Position numbers and translations under genes: made by a program. Positions 10,280 through 21,680 of a DNA stretch of 64,000 nt are shown piece after piece (positions within the stretch are counted from its first letter, which is position 1; the number at the start of each line of letters is the position of its first letter). The stretch is taken from positions 13,456,001 through 13,520,000 of the forward strand of contig NW_024704742.1 in assembly GCF_018977255.1 (NCBI RefSeq). Reading direction: 5' to 3'. The notes beneath the pieces were generated by a model. That model did no database searches, was not told the origin of the DNA, and saw only the letters and a program-made list of their open reading frames with translations. The stretch is from Callorhinchus milii. Lineage: Eukaryota.

Positions 10280-13200
10280 CTCACTCACTCACAGGCTCAC
10301 TGTGCCTGTGTGTGTCTCACTGCTGCTCACTGTGTCAGTGTATCTCTCTCACTGCTGCTCAGTGTCTGTCTCTCTCTGTGCCTCACTGGGTCAGTGTGTG
10401 TGTCTGTGTCTCACTGGGTCAGTGTGTGTCTGTGTCTCACTGGGTCAGTGTGTGTGTCTGTGTCTCACTGGGTCAGTGTGTGTGTCTGTGTCTCACTGAG
10501 TCAGTGTGTGTCTGTGTCTCACTGGGTCAGTGTGTGTGTCTGTGTCTCACTGAGTCAGTGTGTTTGTGTCTGGGTCTCACTCGGTCAGTGTGTGCGTGTG
10601 TGTGTGTGTCTATCTCACTGGGTCAGTGTGTTTGTGTGTCTCACTGGGTCAGTGTGTGTGTGTGTCTCACTGGGTCAGTGTGTGTGTGTGTCTCACTGGG
10701 TCAGTGTGTTTGTGTGTCTCACTGGGTCAGTGGGTGTGTGTGTCTCACTGGGTCAGTGTGTTTGTGTGTCTCACTGGGTCAGTGTGTTTGTGTGTCTCAC
10801 TGGGTCAGTGTGTGTGTCTCTGTGTCTCACTGGGTCAGTGTGTGTGTGTGTCTGTGTCTGTGTCTCACTGGGTCAGTGTGTGTGTGTGTCTCACTGGGTC
10901 AGTGTGTGTGTGTGTGTGTGTCTGTCTCTCACTGGGTCTGTGTGTGTGTGTGTGCGTCTGTCTCACTGGGTCAGTGTGCGTGTGTGTCTGTGTCTCACTT
11001 TCTCAGTGTGTTTGTGTGTGTCTCAATGGGTCAGTATGTGTCTGTGTCTCACTGGGTCAGTGTGTGTGTGTCTGTGTCTCACTGAGTCAGTGTGTTTGTG
11101 TCTGGGTCTCACTCAGTCAGTGTGTGTGTGTTTGTGTCTGTATCTCACTGGCTCAGTGTGTGTGTGTGTCTGTCTCACTGGGTCAGTGTGTGTGTGTTTG
11201 TGTCTGTATCTCACTGGGTCAGTGTGTTTCTGTGTCTCACTGGGTCAATGTGTGTGTGTCTGTCTCACTGGGTCACTGTGTGTGCGTGTATGTCTGTGTC
11301 TCGCTTTCTCAGTGTGTTTGTGTGTGTCTCACTGGGTCAGTGTGTGTGTGTCTGTGTCTCACTGGGTCATTGTGTGAGTGTGTCTGTCTCAGTGGGTCAC
11401 TGTGTGTGTGTGTGTGTGTCTGTGTCTCACTTTCTCAGTGTGTTTGTGTGTGTCTCACTGGGTCAGTGTGTGTGTGTGTCTGTCTCACTGGGTTAGTGTG
11501 TGTGTGTTTGTGTCTGTATCTCACTGGGTCAGTGTGTTTCTGTGTCTCACTGGGTCAGTGTGTGTGTCTGTGTCTCACTGGGTCGGTGTGTGTGTCTGTG
11601 TCTCACTGGGTCAGTCTGTGTCTCACTGGGTCACTGTGTGTGTGTGTGTCTGTATCTCACTGGGTCAGTGTGTGTGTGTGTGTCTGTGTCTCACTGGGTC
11701 AGTGTGTGTGTGTGTGTGTGTGTCCCACTGACACACACACAAACTGACCCAGTGAGACACAGACACACACACACACAGTGACCCAGTGAGACACAGACAC
11801 ACTCACACACTGACCCAGTGAGACAAATACACATGCACATTGACCCAGTGAGACACAGACACGCACACTGACCCAGTGAGACACAGACACAGACATGCAC
11901 ACTGACCCAGTGAGACACAGACACAGACATGCACACTGAGCCAGTGAGACAGACACACACACGCACACTGACCCAGTGAGACACAGACACACACGCACAC
12001 TGACCCAGTGAGACAGAAACACACACGCACACTGACCTAGTGAGACACGGACACACACACACACACACTGAGCCAGTGAGACACAGACAGACACACACNN
12101 NNNNNNNNNNNNNNNNNNNNNNNTTCGCCTCCAGGATTATCCTGGAGTAGAAGGACGACTTGGCCGAGGCTAGAGTGGAGCGGTAAATTTTGAGGAGGTC
12201 CAGCCAGATTTGTCGGTGGACCGTTAGGCCAGATTTGACACAGGTGCGTTCAGCAGCCCGCACCTGGCTTTTCAGTGAGCGGAGGTGGGTGGTGTACCAG
12301 GGGGAGGAGCGGGAGTAGGAGACAGTGCGGGAAGTGATGGGGGCAAGAGTATCGAGTGTGGAGGAGAGGGTATTGTGGAGGAGGGAGAGAGGAGAAGAGG
12401 GGTCGGTGAGGGTTGAAGGCCAGAGGGAGAGGAGTTCAGAGGACTCCAAGGCATCGGTTAGGGATTGTGGGGGTAACTTCTTCCAAGGGCGGTAGAAGAT
12501 GGTGGTGGGTCTGGTGGAGGTGGGGAGGGGGGTGGAGGTGGTGAAGGAGATGAAGTAGTGGTCAGAGATGGCCTTGTCGGTAATAGTGACATCCGAGACA
12601 CTGAGGCCCCGGGTGATCACCAAATCGAGTGGGTGGCCGTGACTGTGAGTGGGGGAGTTTATGTGTAAGGAGAGGTTGAGTGAGGAGAGCAGGGAAGAGA
12701 AGTCTGTGGAGATGGAGCAGGAGGGGGTGAAGTGTAGGTTAAAGTCGCCCAGGATGATGAGGCGATCAGAGCAGAGGCAAAGAGATGTGAGGAGTGTTGA
12801 AATGTCAGAGATGAAGGTGGGAGAGGTTTTAGGGGGCCGGTAGAGGAGGAGGATTTTAAGGGAGAGGAATGAGGGGTGGGAGAGGGTGAGGTGCTCAAAG
12901 GAGGGGAAAGAGCCAGTGGAGTAGGGGGATAGGGCAAGTGGTGTCCTTGAGATAAGGGCAACACCACCGCCACGGCGGTTGGGGCGGGGGATGTGGTGGG
13001 AGGTGTAGCCGGGTGGCGTGGCCTCCGTGAGGGGGAAGGTGTCGCCTGGGGTGAGCCAGGTTTCTGTTAAGGCCATGATATCAACGTTCTCATCAAGGAT
13101 GAGATCGTTGATGACCAGGGCCTTGTTGCAGAGGGAGCGGACATTTTGCAGTCCGATGTGGAGGGAGCGGTTGACAGAAGGGTGTGTGGGAGGGGAGGGG

Positions 13201-14246
13201 GTCCAGGTTGTGAGGCAGGGGTGGGGGGAATGGGGGTAAGGGAGGAGAGGTTGACTCCCCGGGTCTGTGTCCGGGGTGGGTGGCGAGTGTAGTGGGGAAT
13301 GGGGCAGTCGGTGTGGCTGCTGCTGGACAGCCAACGCTGAGTGCCACGGTGAGCCCGGCGGAGGATTCCCAGGCTGGAGCAGAGGGAGGTTGTGGGAGGG
13401 TCAAGTGGGGATAGAAGTCGAGAGGGACGGAGAGAGAGGAGGAGAGAGCGGGAGAGATGCAGAGGGGGAGGGTTTGGGGGGAGAGAGGAGGGGGGTGGGA
13501 GGGAGGGGGTGAGGGGGCTCGGGTCAAAGCGGCAGCCATAGTGCGCACGCGGGGACCGGGAGCGAGCGGTCAGGTGGATGGCATTATCCCGTAGGTTGGG
13601 GCAGCGAACGCAACAGGACCATAGTGGGCTCTGATGTGAGCCCTGGGGTGGGGGGGCACCAGAGACACACACACACACTGAGCCAGTGAGACACATACAC
13701 ACACACACACACACTGAGCCAGTGAGACACAGACACACACACACACACACTGAGCCAGTGAGACACATACACACACACACACACACACACTGAGCCAGTG
13801 AGACACACACACACACACACTGAGCCAGTGAGACACAGACATACACACACACAGACCCAGTGAGACACAGACACACACACTGACCCAGTGAGACACAGAC
13901 ACACACACACACACCTGACCTTGTGAGACACAGACACACACACAAACACTGACCTAGTGAGACACAGACACACACTGACCCAGTGAGACACAGACACACT
14001 GACCCAGTGAGACACACACACACACTGACCCATTGAGACACACACACACACTGACCCATTGAGACACAAACACACACTGACCCATTGAGACACACACACA
14101 CACTGACCCATTGAGACACAGTCACACACACACTGAGCCAGTGAGATACTGACAAACACACACACTGAGTCATTGAGACACAGACACACACACGCACACA
14201 CTGAGCCAGTTAGACGCAGACACACACACACACACTGAGCCAGTGA
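10280..14246. repeat. (TG)n-TCTCACTGGGTCAG satellite; flips orientation at ~11725; interrupted by a gap (12099-12123) and an L2
   Basis: Unit tctcactgggtcagtgtgtg on + up to 11725, its reverse complement at 11726-12098 and 13661-14246. Confidence 0.95.
12124..13660 (-). mobile_element. 5' part of an L2 LINE with an open APE endonuclease domain; remainder lost in the assembly gap
   Basis: Stop-free frame with LQNVRSL, LTETWL, RGGGVA, LYRPP, LGDFN, PTH..GHPLDL and ISDH, followed by PWYT. Confidence 0.93.
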
Positions 14247-16177
14247 GTACAGCATATCACAGAAAGCATGTACAGCACATCACACACAGCATTTACAGCA
14301 CATCGCACACAGTACACACAGCATATTACTCACGGCGTATAGAGCACATCACATACAGCATATTTTGCACATCACATACAGCACATCACAGCAAGCATCT
14401 ATAGCACGTGACACACAGCATATACAGCACATCACAGCCAGCACATTCAACGCAGCATATACAGCACACCACAGGCAGCATATACAGCATATCACAGCCA
14501 CCAAAAATAACAAATCACAGCCAGCATATACAGCACATCACACACAGCATATATAACACATCACAGCCAGCATGCACAGCACATCACACACAGCATATGC
14601 AGCACATAACACGCAACATATACAGTACATCACACACAGCATATACAGCACATCACAGCCAGCAAGTGCAGCACACCACAGCCAGCATGTGCAGCACACC
14701 ACAGTCAACATGTACAGCACATCACACACAGCATACACAGCACAGCACAGCCAGAATATACAGCAGAACCTAGCCAGCATATACAGCACATCACACATAG
14801 CATATATAGCACATCACAACCAGCATATACAGCAAATCACAGATAGCATATACAGCACATCACACTCAGGATATACAGCACAACACATACAGCATATGCA
14901 GCTCATCACAGACAGCATATGCAACACGTCACAGACAGCATATACAGCACATCACAGACAACATATACAGCATAGGAGCAGAGAGCCCAGAGTGAGCTAC
15001 GACTGGAGTGAGGCAAGGCCAGATTGAGAAGGAATTGGGTGAGAATGGGAATTAGGTGCAGAGGGGGAAGTGTATCTTCTAAACGACAATAATACAGGGA
15101 TAAATAGAGTGAGAGGAGAGAATGACCTGGCAGGTGATGTGTGAGGAATGTGGGATGTGGTAGTTGATGGAGGGCCCTGAGCCCGGGCGACTTCATTTGC
15201 AGCAAATGTCTGCAACTGAGGAAGATCCAGCTTAGAATAGCTGAGCTGGAATCTCAGGTGGAGACACTGTGCAGCATTAGAGATGGGGAGATCTTCCTGG
15301 ACAGTTTCATCCTGGAGCCAGACACTCCCCCGAGTTCCAGGGATCATTCTGTTGCCAGCCACGGACAGGACTGGGTGACGGTCAGACAAGCAGGTAAGGG
15401 GATCCGAAAGAGAGGGGCAGAGGAACCCCAGGCTTTAACCTTGTCCAAAAGGTATGAAATACTTGCAACCTGTGTGGACAAGGAAATCTGTGAGGAAGAT
15501 GGGCAAACTTACCCCAACACCTCTATACAGGAGGCCACACAAAGGGGAATAGTCAGAAGGAATAGAGTGGTAATTGGGGATGAGACAGTCAGAAAGACTG
15601 ACGCACTTTTCTGCAGCCGTAGCAGGGAGACAAGAAGACTCTGTTGCCTTCCTGGGGCCAGGGTGAAGGACGTCACTTCTGGGCTGGAGAAAAAATTGAA
15701 GCAGGAGGGAGTGGATCCAATTGTTATGATTTACATAGGGACCAATGATGTAGGTAGGACAGGTAAGGACAAATTGAGGAGCAAGTTCCGGGAATTGGGA
15801 GTTAAGCTAAAGAGTAGAACTTCGAAGGTGTTAATATCGGGATTATTACCTGAGCCAGGGGAAAATTGATACAGGCAAAAGAAAATTAAAGAGCTGAATA
15901 CCTGGCTAAAAGAATGGTGCGAAGGGCAGGGGTTTCACTTTATAGGCCACTGGCACCAGTATTGGGGGAGACAGGAGTTATTCCAAAGGAATGGACTCCA
16001 CCTAAACAGGGCTGGGACAAATGTCCTGGTGACATGAATAAATAGGGAGGCAGACAGGGCTTTAAATTACTAAGGGGATGGGGGGGTAAAATCAATCACA
16101 TGTAATCTGTCACAAGTAAAATTAGGACCGATGAAAGTGGGAGAGCAGATTAACCAGGGAGATGAGCAAAGTGTGTC

Positions 16178-16298
16178 AACAACAACAACAACAAGATTCC
16201 ATTTATAAAGCGCCTTTCACGTCAGGAGGACGTCCCAAGGCGCTGCACAGTTAGGTCATGACCCGAGCAGGGGGGAAATGGTCAGGGTGAGGGAAAGG
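16178..16298 (-). mobile_element. L2 3'-tail fragment inserted in CR1
   Basis: Reverse complement reads AGCGCCTTGGGACGTCCTCCTGACGTGAAAGGCGCT...(GTT)n. Confidence 0.88.
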
Positions 16299-17173
16299 AA
16301 GCCCAGGAATGGGGTACTGGTGAATAGGACTAATAGCCCGAAGTCAGAATTAAAGGTGTTATATCTGATTACGCGAAGCATTCGAAACAATATAAATGAG
16401 TTAAATGCACAATTAGAAACAAACGGATATGATCTGGTAGCCATCACCGAGACATGGTTATAGGGAGATCAAGGGTGGGAGCTAAATATTCCAGGGTATG
16501 TGGCGTATAGAAAAGATAGGCAATGTGGTAAACGAGGAGGGGGTGTGGTCCTGCTAATAAAGGATGGGATAAAAACAGTAGAGAGGAAAGATTTTAAATC
16601 AGATAAGCAGAAAGTAGAGTCAGTATGGGTAGAGGTATGTAACAACAAGGGGCAGAAAACTTTAGTGGGAGTAGTTTATAGACCCCCGAACAGCAGTCAC
16701 AGTTTCAGGAAATTAGCGGAGCATGTAGTAAAGGACAAACATTAATTGTGGGTGATTTTAATCTGCACATAGATTGAGACAACAAAATTGGGAAAAGTAT
16801 GATGGAGGAAGGGTTTATAGAATGTATTAGGGATAATTATCTAGATCAGTATGCCAAGGAGCCAACCAGGGAACAGGCCATATTAGACCTTGTTTTGTGC
16901 AATGAAGCAGGGCTGATCAGCAAACTGGAAATTAAGACTCCTCTAGGGCAAAGTGATCATAATACGATGGAATTTAGCATTAAGTTAGAGAGAGAAATAG
17001 TTAAGTCCGAAGCAAAGGTTTTAAATTTAAGTAGAGCCAATTTTGCTGGTATGAGAGAGGGTTTAGCCAAAATAAACTGGGACATTAGACTTAAGGATTT
17101 GACAGTAGACCAGCATTGGCAGACGTTTTAAGGAGATAGTGCAAAATTCCCAGCAGGAAAAAATTCCTTTGAG

Positions 17174-17174
<1 letters not shown>

Positions 17175-17210
<36 letters not shown>

Positions 17211-17519
17211 CCTTGCATTTGATATAGCGCTTTTCACGTCAGGAGGACGTCCCAAAGCGCTTCACAGAACACACTGTAAAGTGAATTGACTGTATATTTG
17301 TGGGCGAACGCGGCAGCCAATTGCGCACAGCAATGTCCCACAAACAGTCGTAGATTGAAAATGACCAATTTAATTATTGTTTTTTGGTTTTTTGGAGGGA
17401 TTATTATTAGGCGTGTGGAGTAAGGAAACTTGCCCAAGGTTTCGCCCTCTGCCTGGAATTGAACTCAGGTCTCTCACTTGCAAAGCGAGTGCTCTAACCA
17501 CTGAGCTACAGGACTCCAC
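17175..17519 (-). mobile_element. Full-length short-form tRNA-derived SINE in CR1 ORF2
   Basis: Head GTGGAGTCCTGTAGCTCAGTGG (A-box), GAGTTCAATTCC (B-box), Deu-like core, L2-like stem-loop, (ATT)n. Confidence 0.95.
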
Positions 17520-18294
17520 GGGAAAGGTGGCCCCACTGTGGCTAACTAGAGCAGTTAGGGAAAGTATAAAGTTAAAGGAAGAAGCCTATAAAACAGCTAA
17601 GATGAGTAGTAAACCCGAGGATTGGGAAAACTTTAGGGATCAACAAAGGAGAACCAAAAAAGTGATTAAGAGGGAGAAAATGGAACTTGAGGCCAAACTA
17701 GTGAAGAATATAAAGACAGACTGCAAGAGTTTTTATAAATATATAAAGAGAAAGAGGCTGTCAAAGGTAAATGTGGGTGTGCTACAGGCAGAGACAGGGG
17801 GAATTATAGTAGCGGACAAAGACATGGCAGAGTCATTAAACAAGTACTTTGCTACCGTCTTCACCTTAGAAGACACTGAAAACCTACCAAGAATAGAGGG
17901 GAACCAAGTAGACAATGTTAGCGAGCAACTTGGGGGAATTAATATTAATAAAGAAATGGTTTTAGGTAAATTGTCAGGTCTTAAAACTGATAAATGCCCT
18001 GGACCTGATGGCCTACATCCTAGGGTTTTAAAAGAAGTGGCTACTGAGATAGTGGATGGCTTGTCTTTGATCTTCCAAAATTCTCTGGATTCTGGAATGG
18101 TTCCCATTGATTGGAAGATTGCAAACGTAACACCACTATTTAAGAAGGGTGGGAGAGAAAAGATGGGGAACTATAGACCAATTAGTCTGACATCAGTGGG
18201 AGGGAAAATTCTTGAGTCCTTAATTAAAGATGTTGTTATGGAATTCTTGGAAGACTATAACAAGATTAGGCAGTGTCAACATGGCTTTACAAAA

Positions 18295-18607
18295 GTGAAG
18301 TCCTGTAGCTCAGTGGTTAGAGCACTCGCTTTGCAAGCGAGACACCTGGGTTCAATTCCAGACAGGGCGAAACCTTGGGCAAGTTTCCTTACTCCACACA
18401 CCTGATAATAATCCCTCCAAAAAAACCCAAAACAATAATAAATTGGTCATTTTCAATCCACGACTGTTTGTGGGGCACTGCTGCCGCGTTCGCCGACAAA
18501 TATGCAGTCAATTCACTTTACAGTATATTCTGTGAAGCGCTTTGGGACGTCCTCCCGATGAGAAAAGCGCTATATCAAATGCAAGGATTATTATTATTAT
18601 TATTATT
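18295..18607 (+). mobile_element. Full-length short-form SINE in CR1 ORF2
   Basis: As above; AAGTC at 18298-302 and 18608-12. Confidence 0.95.
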
Positions 18608-21600
18608 AAGTCATGCATAACTAATCTTTTGGAGTTTTTTGAAGATGTATCTAGCAGGTTAGATAGGGGGGAACCAGTAGATGTAGTATCTTTAGATTTT
18701 AAAAAGGCATTTGACAAAGTGCCACACAAAAGGCTATTGCACAAGGTTAAGGCCCACGGGATTAATGGGAACATATGAGCATGGATTGAAGAGTGGCTAA
18801 CGGGTAGAAAACAGAGAGTAGGGATAAACGGATCATTCTCGAATTGGCAGGATGTGACTAGTGGAGAGACACAAGGATCAGCACTTGGGCCTCAGCTATT
18901 TACAATTTACATTAATGATCTAAACGAGGACATTGAATGTAACGCATCTAAATTCGCGGATGACACTAAACTCGGTGGGAGAGATTGGTGGGAAACATTT
19001 CTTCACTCTGAGGATGATGCAAAAAGATTGCAACGGGATATAGATAGATTACGGGAGTGGGCGAGTAGGTGGCAGATGGAATTTAATGTGGGGAAGTGTG
19101 AAGTTATTCACCTAGGTAGAAAAAATAGAAAAACAGATTATTTTCTGGAGGGGGAGAGATTAGATAGTGTTAGTGTGCAGAGGGATTTGGGTGTCCTTGT
19201 ACACCAGTCTCAAAAAGTTAGTTTGCAGGTGCAGCAGCAACTAAGAAGGCGAACGGCATGTTAGTGTTCATTGCAAAAGGTTTGGAGTACAAGAGTAGGG
19301 AAGTCTTGCTGCAACTGTATAGGGCCTTGGTGAGACCGCACCTAGAGTATTGTGAGCAGTTTTGGTCTCATTTTAAAAAGGACATACTTGCCCTGGAGGG
19401 GGTGCAGTGTAGATTCACTCGGTTAGTTCCTGGGATGAGGGAACTGACCTATGAGGATAGGCTGAATAAACTAGGGCTGTATTCTTTAGAGTACAGAAGA
19501 ATTAGGGGAGACCTTATTGAAACATATAAGATTCTTAAAGGGCTGATAAAGTAGACACTGAGGGACTGTTTTCCCTGGTGGGAGAATCTATAACCAGGGG
19601 TCACAGTCTTAAAATTAAGGGTCAGCCTTTTAGAACAGAGTTGAGGAAACATTTCTTCACTCAGAGGGTAGTGAATTTATGGAATGCACTACCCCAGAAG
19701 GCTGTAGATGCTCAGTCCTTGAACATCTTTCAAGGCTGAGACTGATAGATTTTTCAAAAACAGAGGGATTAGGGGATATGGGGATAGGGCAGGTAATTAG
19801 AGTTAGGTCAGAAGATCAGTAATGATCTTATCGAATGGCGGGGCAGGCTCGAGGGGCCAATGGCCTACTCCTGCTCCTAATTCTTATGTTATTATGTTCT
19901 TATGTTCATATCACAGACAGCATATACAGCACTTCAGAGACAGCATATACAGCACTTCACACCCAACATAAACACAACATCACAGCTAGCATATACAGCA
20001 CATCACAAACAGCATATACGGAAAATCACAGACAGCATATACAGCACATCACACACAGCATATACAGCACAACACATACAACATATGCAGCTCATCACAG
20101 ACAGCATATGCAACACGTCACAGACAGCATATACAGCACATCACAGAAAACATATACAGCACATCACAGACAACATATACAGCACTTCACAGACAACGTA
20201 TACAGCATATCACAGACAACATATACAGCACTTCAGAGAGAGCATATGCAGCACATCACAGCTAGTATATACAGCACATCACAGACAGAATATACAGCAC
20301 TTCAGGGACAGCATATACAGCATATAACAGCCAGGTTATGCAGCACATCACAGACAGCATATACAGCACATCACAGCCAGCATACACAGCACATCACAGC
20401 CAGCATACACAGCACATTACAGACAGCATATACAGCATATCACACCCAGCGTACACACTACATCACAGCCAGCATATACAGCACAACACGCACAGCATAT
20501 GCAGTACATCACAGCCAGCATGTGCAACACATCACAGATAGCATATACAGCACATCACACACAGCATATACAGCACATCAGACAAAGCATATACAGCACA
20601 TTACACAAAACATATACAGTACATCACAGCCAGCATATAAAACACATCACACTCAGCATACACAGCATATCACAGACAGCATATACAGCACATTACACAC
20701 AGCATATACAGCACATCACAACCAGAATATACAGCATATCACAGCTAGAATATGCAGCATATATAGCACATCACACAGAGCATATACAGCACATCATAGC
20801 CAGAATACACAGCACATCACAGCCAGAATACACAGCACATCACAGCCAGCATATACAGCACATTACAGCCAGCATATACAGTACATCACACACAGCATAT
20901 ACAGCACATCACAGCCAGCCTATACAGCACACCACACACTGCATATACAGCACATCACATAAAGTATATATAGCACATCATACACCGCATATACAGCACA
21001 TCACCACCAGCATATAGAGCACATCACACACGGCATACACAGCACATTACAGCCAGCATACACAATACATTACAGCCAGCATATACAGCACATCACACAC
21101 AGAATAAACAGCACAACATACCCAGCATACACAACATATCAAACACAGCATATGCGGCACATCACACATAGCATATGCAGCACATCACAAGCAGCATATA
21201 CGGAAAATCACAGACAGCATATACAGCACATCACACACAGCATATACAGCACATCACACACAGCATATACAGCACATCACACACAGCATATACAGCACAA
21301 GACATACAGCATATGCAGCTCATCACAGACAGCATATACAGCACATCACCGAAAGCATATACAGCACATCACAGACTACATATACAGACAGCATATACAG
21401 CATATCACAGACAGCATACACAGCACTTCAGAGACAGCATATACAGCACATTACACACAGTATACACAGAAGATCACAGCCAGCATATACAGCACATCAC
21501 AGCCAGTATATACAGCACATCACAGACAGCATATACAGCACTTCAGAGACAGCATATAACAGCCAGTTTATACAGCAGATCACAAACAGCATATGCAACA

Positions 21601-21680
21601 CACCACACGCAGCATATGCGGCACATCACAGCCAGCAAATGCAGCACATCGTATACAGCATACACAGCACATCATGCACA

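Larger units (their letters stand above)
14975..19906 (+). mobile_element. Near full-length CR1 LINE (ORF1 Zn-finger/zipper/SGNH esterase; ORF2 APE-RT), disabled
   Basis: ORF1 from ~15122: CEECGMW, FICSKC, IGD, CLPGA, IGTND, GLHLN. ORF2: ITETWL, YRPP, PGPDG, NYRPISLTS, FADDTK. Tail (TTCTTATG)n. Probable TSD CATA at 14971-74 and 19907-10. Several stops and frameshifts. Confidence 0.95.
14247..21680. repeat. ~22-bp CAGCATATACAGCACATCACAC satellite, split by a CR1 at 14975-19906
   Basis: The same unit is present at 14247-14974 and 19907-21680. Confidence 0.95.

Noticed and set aside
9079..14255. Cys/Val/Ser/Leu-rich ORFs
   Set aside because: Microsatellite and TG-satellite artefacts; only the 12124-13540 L2 portion is real coding sequence.
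17377..18405. 342-aa ORF as a novel chimeric gene
   Set aside because: It is a CR1 ORF2 fragment bounded by two SINE insertions.
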